This document shows positions 40,884 through 47,560 of a stretch of DNA of 64,000 nt, in pieces; position 1 is the first letter of the stretch, and every line of letters starts with the position of its first letter. Both the position numbers and the translations under genes were made by a program. The stretch lies in NCBI GenBank assembly GCA_009780135.1, contig WRAP01000002.1, forward strand, positions 5,840 to 69,839, in the 5' to 3' direction. This DNA is from Bacillota bacterium (GTDB lineage: Bacteria > Bacillota > Clostridia > Christensenellales > Pumilibacteraceae). Under the pieces are notes generated by a model that saw nothing but the letters and a program-made list of their open reading frames with translations, had not been told where the DNA came from and did not search any database.

Positions 40884-41989
40884 TAAATTATGTTGTCTAG
40901 CTTGTTTACTATTTCTAATTGCTTATTTGGCATCAAGTGAGCATAGCGATTTAAAGTCATTTTTACATCGGCATGCCCTAATCTTCGAGCAACTGTCAGA
41001 ATATCAGAACCCAAACTAATTAACAAGGAGGCATGTGAATGCCTTAGATCATGCACTCGGATAATTTTTATTTTGGATTTTTTGCAATATCTTCTCATAG
41101 CATCTCTTACCAGTGTTGAATTTAGTGGTTTTAGATTTCCGAATATAAAGTTGTCTTCCGAAAACAAATCAAATTCTCTGTAGTATTCTTTTAACTCACA
41201 TAAAAGAACTTGCAAATCATTCGGCATCAAAATATCTCTATTTGAATAAATGCTTTTAGGCGTAGTGATTTTATAATCGTTTTTTAACGAGTGGTGAAAT
41301 AGTGTTTTTCGAATTTTTACGATATTGCCAACTATGTCTTTCCAAGTTAAAGCAAGGGCTTCGCCTTTTCTACATCCTGTTAAAAATAAAAAACTAAAGA
41401 GCACTTTATACAAGATGCGATCTACGCTATTAATAAATGTTTTGAATTCTTCCGTAGTCCATATTTGTATATCTTTCTTTATTTCTCTGTTTTTGATCAT
41501 AGGTACTTTTTTACAAGGATTAATTTTTATTAAATTGATTCCAATAAGATAATTGAAAAAAGTATTTAATAATTTTTGAATATATTCTTTAGTAGCAAAT
41601 GCCATTTTTAGTCTTTCAACAAACTTGTAGAACTCTAATATATTGTTAGCCCCGATGGTTGGGATTTTTGAACCTTTGAAATGAGGTAAGATATATTTTG
41701 TAAACTTAATTTTTATAGTAATAAATGAACTTTCTTTCATTTCCCTCATAGCATTCATTAAATATCTATTAGCAGCATTTTCAAACAATAGTTCATCATC
41801 GCTGTTTGTCGTGATTTGTATTTCTTCTGGTTTGTAGTTTGCCACAAATGAAACATATTCTAAATTTGCTTCTTGTTTGGTATCAAAACCACTCAACCTT
41901 TTTTGCTTACGAACAGTATGACCAGGCAGGTCAAACACAACAGTCCATTTCTCTTGTCCTTTTTTCCCAATCTTTTTAAATGTTGGCAT
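40883..41989 (-). CDS. int: Tyrosine recombinase / phage-type integrase
   Basis: The catalytic region contains TGCRKGEALAL (Arg I), VHDLRHSHASLL (HxxR) and GHADVKMTLNRYAHL (His and Tyr). The start is at MPTFKKIGKK, preceded by AAGGAGG. Confidence 0.9.
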   Translation of the reverse strand: MPTFKKIGKKGQEKWTVVFDLPGHTVRKQKRLSGFDTKQEANLEYVSFVANYKPEEIQITTNSDDELLFENAANRYLMNAMREMKESSFITIKIKFTKYILPHFKGSKIPTIGANNILEFYKFVERLKMAFATKEYIQKLLNTFFNYLIGINLIKINPCKKVPMIKNREIKKDIQIWTTEEFKTFINSVDRILYKVLFSFLFLTGCRKGEALALTWKDIVGNIVKIRKTLFHHSLKNDYKITTPKSIYSNRDILMPNDLQVLLCELKEYYREFDLFSEDNFIFGNLKPLNSTLVRDAMRRYCKKSKIKIIRVHDLRHSHASLLISLGSDILTVARRLGHADVKMTLNRYAHLMPNKQLEIVNKLDNII

Positions 41990-42404
41990 TTTCAACACAT
42001 CCTCCTTTAAGGTTATGTATTGAATTAAGCCTTTCCACTGCTGCAATTTCTGCAAAAGCAAAGGATTGGATCTCATCGAAATCCCACTTCATATATTCAC
42101 AAAATGACTGCCTTGAAACCCTTCCTTTGACCGGTCTTTTAGATCCTGGTGTCTTAGCTATCTTTTCGTGTATGTTGTTTATAATTTTTGTAGCCCAAGT
42201 TTTACTACAGTCAGTCATAAAACAAATATCATTATAGGTCAGCCCGCCAGGCTTTGTTAAAATACGATACATCGCAATGTTATCGCATCCTAAGTATGGC
42301 ATTTTGCCTATGCAATTTTGTTCATTTGTCTTCACTGTAGTTAAATGGTTTTGATTTTTCGGTGTCCCAATGTGGCTACGTTTTTTAGTTAAGAAGTCCG
42401 CCAT
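41976..42404 (-). CDS. Hypothetical protein, possibly an HTH-type DNA-binding or directionality factor
   Basis: The protein is 142 aa. It overlaps the integrase start by 14 nt. The segment GGLTYNDICFMTDCSKTWATKIINNI looks HTH-like. No family is recognised with confidence. Confidence 0.35.
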   Translation of the reverse strand: MADFLTKKRSHIGTPKNQNHLTTVKTNEQNCIGKMPYLGCDNIAMYRILTKPGGLTYNDICFMTDCSKTWATKIINNIHEKIAKTPGSKRPVKGRVSRQSFCEYMKWDFDEIQSFAFAEIAAVERLNSIHNLKGGCVENANI

Positions 42405-42417
42405 AATGCGGACGCTC

Positions 42418-43311
42418 TTACTTATTTAAATTTTCTTTCCAGTTTTGGTAATCTTTTACTATTGCGAAAGCAACTTTGTTGTCTTTGCGAGAGCACTTAA
42501 AATATTTTTCAATCTTCTCTATATCACTAAGACCTGAATTATCTTGTAACACCTTAGCAAATCTTCCGTTTTTTTGCAGTCTCTTTACAGAGATGTGTTG
42601 CTTGCTGTTTTGTATAAGGAGATTGAATTTTTTTATTTGTCCCGCAATTTCTGATACTGGTATTCTATCTAGCTTTATTCGAGTTGGACGGAATAAGTAA
42701 CTAGCATCTCCAGTAAACATAATTTGTTTTCCAGATGGTAGGGCGTTGTAATAGTCTGACAAAGCCAGGCGGTTTAACACATCATGTTCCTTATTAGCAA
42801 GTAAACTAAAGTCAAAATCAAAAGAAGTTATACTCTTGTTTCTTACATCGGATTTTTGAATCTCAACCATATTGCCTTCAGACAAACCATACCAGGCTAG
42901 CATAGATATTGTCTTAATAAGAACATTGTCTGTGTTGGGATTATATCCAACAAACTTCCTCTTTACGGCAGAATCTATGAAACTCAAAAGTTCATCAATG
43001 TCTTTGAAATAAATATCAGAAGGGGAGTGTTTTAATACTACATCCCTATCTGGTATAGCAATATCTACTACATTAAACTGCTCTCCAAGAAATAATAATC
43101 TTCCTCTAATTCTATAGTATTGAGATCTTGAAACGGCATCGCTTTTTTTATTTGTAAAGAAGCTATTCAACACAAATGCATCATCTCTTAAAGAAGCTGG
43201 CAATCCACTTTCTGCTGACCGCTTAATAAGTTCAGACAACCATTCTTTAAATGCGTCAATGCTATTTTCATAACCCATTAGTTCGTATTTTTTGACTAAC
43301 TCTATGGACAT
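42418..43311 (-). CDS. Hypothetical protein with a possible degenerate tyrosine-recombinase-like region
   Basis: The protein is 297 aa. The segment KTISMLAWYGLSEGNMVEIQKSDV resembles the start of an integrase catalytic domain but lacks the Arg. No HxxR or Tyr motif is seen. Confidence 0.35.
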   Translation of the reverse strand: MSIELVKKYELMGYENSIDAFKEWLSELIKRSAESGLPASLRDDAFVLNSFFTNKKSDAVSRSQYYRIRGRLLFLGEQFNVVDIAIPDRDVVLKHSPSDIYFKDIDELLSFIDSAVKRKFVGYNPNTDNVLIKTISMLAWYGLSEGNMVEIQKSDVRNKSITSFDFDFSLLANKEHDVLNRLALSDYYNALPSGKQIMFTGDASYLFRPTRIKLDRIPVSEIAGQIKKFNLLIQNSKQHISVKRLQKNGRFAKVLQDNSGLSDIEKIEKYFKCSRKDNKVAFAIVKDYQNWKENLNK

Positions 43312-43396
43312 CTTATCACCTCGTTCAATAGCATACCTTAAATTTTATCACTTTGTCAAATGATTATATGCTATGTATATGAGGACAAAATGTGTT

Positions 43397-43708
43397 TTAC
43401 GACAAATTTTTGTATTCCTCTGGAATGTATTGAGATATGTATCGCCTTAGCTCGTCTGCTTCGGTATCTGTAGGGGTAGCAATGAACTCATGTTCGTCAC
43501 GCCCATCGCCAGAGTTGCCAAATATATTAAACCCGCCCATGTTATCAAGTTCAATAACATAAAAGTGTTTATCCATATTAAAGCTGACATAGTAGCCACT
43601 GCTAATATGCCCACTGCAAACTCCGATAATATTACCGATGTTAATCTTGGTTTCCTCCTGGAGAAGGTTGCCTTTGTGGTCAAAGTTGTTTGTATATGTT
43701 AAAATCAT
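43397..43708 (-). CDS. Hypothetical protein of 103 aa
   Basis: Called from an ORF only. I recognise no family. Confidence 0.35.
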   Translation of the reverse strand: MILTYTNNFDHKGNLLQEETKINIGNIIGVCSGHISSGYYVSFNMDKHFYVIELDNMGGFNIFGNSGDGRDEHEFIATPTDTEADELRRYISQYIPEEYKNLS

Positions 43709-43768
43709 TGTGTTTCCTCCGTTTCTTATTCTTAATCTATTTTGTTTGTTTTGTTCTCATCTATATCT

Positions 43769-44287
43769 CTATATTACTAACAAATGATTTATATGACTAT
43801 TTCCTAAAACAAATTCGCTAACTTCTATTTCCATACTATCTCCGAATTGGTCAAGGATTCCCAAATACTTAAATGTTGTTCTTATATCTGAATGATTGAG
43901 TCTGTACTGCATCGCTACTACAAAATTCATATCAATACTAGACTTAAATGTGCAAGCTGCTATACTAGCAAAACTTTTTCTCATTGTGTGAGAACCAATA
44001 TTAATTGGCAAGTTTAAGGCTTTGCCGGCATCAGAAAGAATTTGCCACCCAGTGGCTGTGTGTATTTTGCCACCCTTCTTTCTGCTGGGAAACAAATAAT
44101 CATCTGCATCAAACTGCCACTTGATTAAATCTAACAGTTTAATTACGGCGAACTTAACAGATTCTGTAATTAAAATACTATTAAGTTTATTATTTTTCTG
44201 CTCAATAATATTTAATCTAGTTCTAAAAGTGTTGTCTGGGTTTAGTAGATGTCTTATTCTTAAAGAACTTAGGTCTGAAAATCTTAT
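43769..44287 (-). pseudogene. 5'-truncated tyrosine recombinase relic
   Basis: The frame is open from the stop at 44288-44290 down to 43769. It reads ...LRIRHLLNPDNTF...IIEQKNNK...YLFPSRKKGGKIHTATGWQIL...HTMRKSFA...LNHSDIRTTFKYLG, which contains Arg I, HxxR and His/Tyr. There is no N-terminal domain, and no ATG or GTG start before the TTG at 44095. Confidence 0.7.
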
Positions 44288-44333
44288 TCAAACAAACCTG
44301 ATATGGTTTAACTTAGAATCAGAAGAGATTAAA

Positions 44334-44975
44334 GTGCATCCAGTAAGTACAGGCAATAACATTACATCGTTTGTTGGAATATTGACAAGTACACATTTAT
44401 GGTACACGGAGACAGGATGGCCTGGTACTGGAGGTATATTTAGAATGTCTATAACAACAGGTGATTTAGAGCCTGTTACATTCACAAATCGTACCGCAGG
44501 TTCACCTATAGTTCTAAATAATAATCATATATATAGTGCAACTACTGGAACGCTTAATATAGGTAGATTAAATATTAATACATTAGAGACAGAAGTTTTT
44601 GCACAAGCTGTCGGTGTAAATAATAATGTATATGCTTCGCTAGACAATCATGTAATATATATGGCAAGCAGTAATGCTACTAGGTGTGACCTGTTTAATG
44701 TTCACACTGGACAGTGGATAAGGGCTGACTTGACTGGCGGAGCCGGAGTCAATCCCGCTATTAGGCAATACGGTAACTTTGTATATATTATCCCGCTTTC
44801 CCAACCACGCATTTTTGTAATTGATTTAACGGGCGTACAGTCTGGGCAAGTTATACCACAAATGTTGTTTGAAAGTACATTAAGGTTTTCTAACGCTAAT
44901 GTTATAGTAAGCCCAAAATATTTGTATGTTAGAAGTTTGCCGGCAGACGGAAATTTAAACTGGAGGATTGGTTGA
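44334..44975 (+). CDS. Hypothetical protein, possibly phage tail-fibre or beta-propeller-like; start uncertain
   Basis: The track ORF begins at 44121, but its first ~55 codons overlap the integrase relic on the other strand. A GTG at 44334 is the first plausible start downstream of the relic. The sequence is rich in N, T, G and V, with repeated beta-like segments. Confidence 0.4.
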   Translation: MHPVSTGNNITSFVGILTSTHLWYTETGWPGTGGIFRMSITTGDLEPVTFTNRTAGSPIVLNNNHIYSATTGTLNIGRLNINTLETEVFAQAVGVNNNVYASLDNHVIYMASSNATRCDLFNVHTGQWIRADLTGGAGVNPAIRQYGNFVYIIPLSQPRIFVIDLTGVQSGQVIPQMLFESTLRFSNANVIVSPKYLYVRSLPADGNLNWRIG

Positions 44976-44976
44976 T

Positions 44977-45435
44977 ATGAAAATATCTATATTGTTTGAT
45001 GATAATAATATGCCGAGTGCTTGGCATGAAGTTATAGGCGAAACTACTTTTAATGAAGAAACTCAGGTGTTGATAAGAGAACATCTAGCAGAATATGATT
45101 TTACTGTGAATATAGATGATAAAGAGATAAATCATTTCTTTGGTAGTGGTTTAGATTATATGGACTATAGTCTTGTTGATGGCGAGTTAGTATACGATAA
45201 AACTCAAGCAAGGTCTAAAAGAACTCTACGGAGAGAGGATTATAACTACCGTATTTCTTTATTACAAGATTGGTTTAATTGGTATATGAATCAAGTGTCT
45301 CAAGCCACAACTGATGAAGCTTTGGGTATAGAGTGGGATGGAGCTACGGATAGCTTCGGTAATAATTATAAGACGCTTCTTGAGTTAAGGAAGCAAGCAA
45401 AAGAATTTCAGTTAGAGCTGAGAAAGATTAGATGA
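44977..45435 (+). CDS. Hypothetical protein, possibly a phage-derived remnant
   Basis: A GGAGG sequence lies 10 nt upstream of the ATG. The gene begins 1 nt after the upstream stop. The protein is 152 aa. Its C-terminal helix LELRKQAKEFQLELRKI resembles small phage tail-associated proteins, but only weakly. Confidence 0.4.
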   Translation: MKISILFDDNNMPSAWHEVIGETTFNEETQVLIREHLAEYDFTVNIDDKEINHFFGSGLDYMDYSLVDGELVYDKTQARSKRTLRREDYNYRISLLQDWFNWYMNQVSQATTDEALGIEWDGATDSFGNNYKTLLELRKQAKEFQLELRKIR

Positions 45436-45443
45436 TTTTTAAT

Positions 45444-45492
45444 AAAAAAATAGCCCCGTGTGGATTTTATTTCCACACGGGGCTATTTTTTT
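45444..45492 (+). terminator. Strong rho-independent, potentially bidirectional terminator
   Basis: AAAAAAA-TAGCCCCGTGTGGA-TTTTATT-TCCACACGGGGCTA-TTTTTTT is a perfect 14-bp stem. Confidence 0.85.
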
Positions 45493-45532
45493 AATCTTTT
45501 TATTCATAATATAGATTAGTTATAGAATTGTT

Positions 45533-45777
45533 ATGACATATGCAACACTTATAAATATGAAAAAGAAAAACAAATTACTAACTATAGTAACTATGACAAT
45601 ATTGTTGCTGTTTTTTGTAGCGGTAACTCCTCCTAGTGCTATGGTAGGGATAATTGATTCTAGTATAGAAGGGCTACATGGAACTCATGTTGCAGGTATA
45701 ATAGATATTGAGATGGTACTTCTCATGCTGCGCCTCATGTTGTAGGTTTTGTAGCTGTGTTCCAAAGTTATATCTAA
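45533..45777 (+). pseudogene. Collapsed subtilisin-like (S8) serine protease relic
   Basis: A signal peptide (MKKKNKLLTIVTMTILLLFFVAV) is followed by VGIIDSS (Asp-motif-like) and HGTHVAGII (His motif). After a frame change, GTSHAAPHVVGFVAV (Ser motif) follows. All of this fits within ~80 codons. Confidence 0.6.
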
Positions 45778-45855
45778 ATAGTCAGCATTGTAGCATTAAG
45801 CTAACGCAAAACATATAACTATAAAGGGTTGTCCGTAATTTATTATAAATAAACT

Positions 45856-45881
45856 ATTCTTATTCTTATAAGAATAAGAAT
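45856..45881. repeat. Perfect 26-bp palindrome
   Basis: ATTCTTATTCTTATAAGAATAAGAAT is its own reverse complement. It lies in the non-coding spacer upstream of the 46122 gene. Confidence 0.8.
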
Positions 45882-46121
45882 ATAATAGAAAGGTTGTAAC
45901 ATTTTTAATACTGTTTTCTATAGTTGTATTTTCGGGATGTGAGATGTGAGTTATATCACTCTTAGGTAGGTAAAACAAATAAAGGGTTTGTTATGAAAAC
46001 CTATGACGCAGACATATTATGGTTTAATTGCTGTCGTTAAGTAGCAACAATAGTTGACAGGGCATATAATATAAAAGGCTTGTCCAAAAACTACATATTA
46101 TAAATTAAAGGAGAAAGAATC

Positions 46122-46529
46122 ATGAACTCTATGACGGCTGAAGCGGTATCTCGCTTCTATTGTAAGATGAAAATCTTTTCGAATTCTGTATCTCGTGGAA
46201 CGAGGAAGATCTCTAAATTTGCATCAAAGCATTATCTGAAGTGCAAATGGTCTAACATAAGTGCGATCAAAATGCAGTGCATTTTATATGAGACAGAAAA
46301 AATTCACAAAGAAACATTAGCAAAATGTGTAGCCAATGGTTATTTAGTAATCTCCGATAAGGGTGTAGACATTACTAGTAAAGGAATAGGTGAGTTTGAG
46401 ACATATATATCTAAACAAATGAAGGAATCTAATGCTAAACTTGTTGCCACTATAAAAATAGTTACTACCGTTGTGATTATGGCAACGGGTATAGTTGCAG
46501 TTATTATACAAATTCTTGGTTTAATTTGA
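46122..46529 (+). CDS. Tail-anchored membrane protein with a winged-helix-like domain (module gene A)
   Basis: AAAGGAGAAAG is the RBS. The protein is 135 aa. The segment ETLAKCVANGYLVISDKGVDITSKGIGEFE resembles a wHTH wing. A single C-terminal TM segment (IKIVTTVVIMATGIVAVIIQILGLI) ends the protein. Confidence 0.55.
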   Translation: MNSMTAEAVSRFYCKMKIFSNSVSRGTRKISKFASKHYLKCKWSNISAIKMQCILYETEKIHKETLAKCVANGYLVISDKGVDITSKGIGEFETYISKQMKESNAKLVATIKIVTTVVIMATGIVAVIIQILGLI

Positions 46530-46625
46530 TTTGGTTGCAGTTATTTATTAATTTTTAATATAATAGTTGATTAATTGATAGATGTATGTTAAAATATTTG
46601 CATTCATGCTTTGGAGGATTCTAAA

Positions 46626-47210
46626 ATGAGTAGCAGACTTGAGATACAATACATTGATAAAATTATGGTTCTTGGAGCTATAAGAGTTTACTATAGTCAC
46701 TATCGTGCCTATAGTTTAAGTTCAGAACTTGAGTTGATTGGCGAGGCAAGTGAGCAAGAATTAAACGCAGCGCATGAAAGAATAAGGTTAAGAGAATTAG
46801 ATGAAAACAAGATTGCTAAAGAAATAAATGATATAACTAAAACAAGAACGAAAGACGAAGCAGAAGAGGAGATTTTAAATAAAAAAAGAAGAATTTTTGT
46901 ATTGGCGATCAAAGATATTATACATAGACATATTCCAAAATCCAAAGATATACCAGATGCAAATAAAATAAATGCGATAATAGGTGAGTTTCTTTGTTTG
47001 GGCTATATTGAAATAACTGAGTTTAATACATTTTGTTTCAAACTAACTTCGTTGGGCTATGATCATATTGAAAAGTGTGAAAAAGAAATTTTTGAAAAAG
47101 ATGAGCGTCTCAAAAAAATAAAAATTATATTACTTTCAACTATATTACCATTCGTAGGCGTTGTTATAGCTATAGCTACACCTATCATAATACAAATGAT
47201 TTCATGTTAA
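46626..47210 (+). CDS. Tail-anchored membrane protein with a winged-helix-like domain (module gene B, an architectural paralogue of A)
   Basis: A GGAGG sequence lies upstream of ATG 46626. The protein is 194 aa. The segment IIGEFLCLGYIEITEFNTFCFKLTSLGYDHIE is followed by a helix and a C-terminal TM segment (IKIILLSTILPFVGVVIAIATPIIIQMISC). Confidence 0.55.
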   Translation: MSSRLEIQYIDKIMVLGAIRVYYSHYRAYSLSSELELIGEASEQELNAAHERIRLRELDENKIAKEINDITKTRTKDEAEEEILNKKRRIFVLAIKDIIHRHIPKSKDIPDANKINAIIGEFLCLGYIEITEFNTFCFKLTSLGYDHIEKCEKEIFEKDERLKKIKIILLSTILPFVGVVIAIATPIIIQMISC

Positions 47211-47369
47211 TAAAAAGAACCACCCACCCATTGCACCAAATATTAAACAAAAGAAACTGGTTAAATAGGCTGTTAACCTATTGCGGAACTTCAAATTAAT
47301 TAGGATGCTTATAATAGAAACTATAGTTAAATATACTACAAGCCCAATAATGCGAATTGTTAGTGGCAT
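47199..47369 (-). CDS. Possible small two-TM hydrophobic peptide of 56 aa, convergent with gene B
   Basis: This ORF is absent from the track because it is under 60 aa. My translation is MPLTIRIIGLVVYLTIVSIISILINLKFRNRLTAYLTSFFCLIFGAMGGWFFLLT. Its stop overlaps the last 12 nt of gene B. I see no clear RBS. Confidence 0.25.
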
Positions 47370-47560
47370 ATCATTTATTATTAACCAATCTATTGTAATT
47401 AAATCTACAAAAAAGCATATTCGTTTAGATAGTTATTCTATATATTATGATTTAGTTTGTCGAAATATGTATATATTGCAAATATAAGATATCATACACT
47501 AAAAATTGTTTTTATTTTATAGTTATTTTGTGGTACAATTCTTTTGTAGGAGATATTATT

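Noticed and set aside
45796-45978. A 60-aa minus-strand ORF crosses the 26-bp palindrome.
   Set aside because: It has no start context and spans repeat and palindrome DNA. It is probably non-coding.
47281-47487. A 68-aa plus-strand ORF lies in the spacer between module genes B and C.
   Set aside because: It has a TTG-type start without an RBS and an AT-rich, low-information sequence. The minus-strand hydrophobic ORF in the same region is the more plausible of the two, though still weak.
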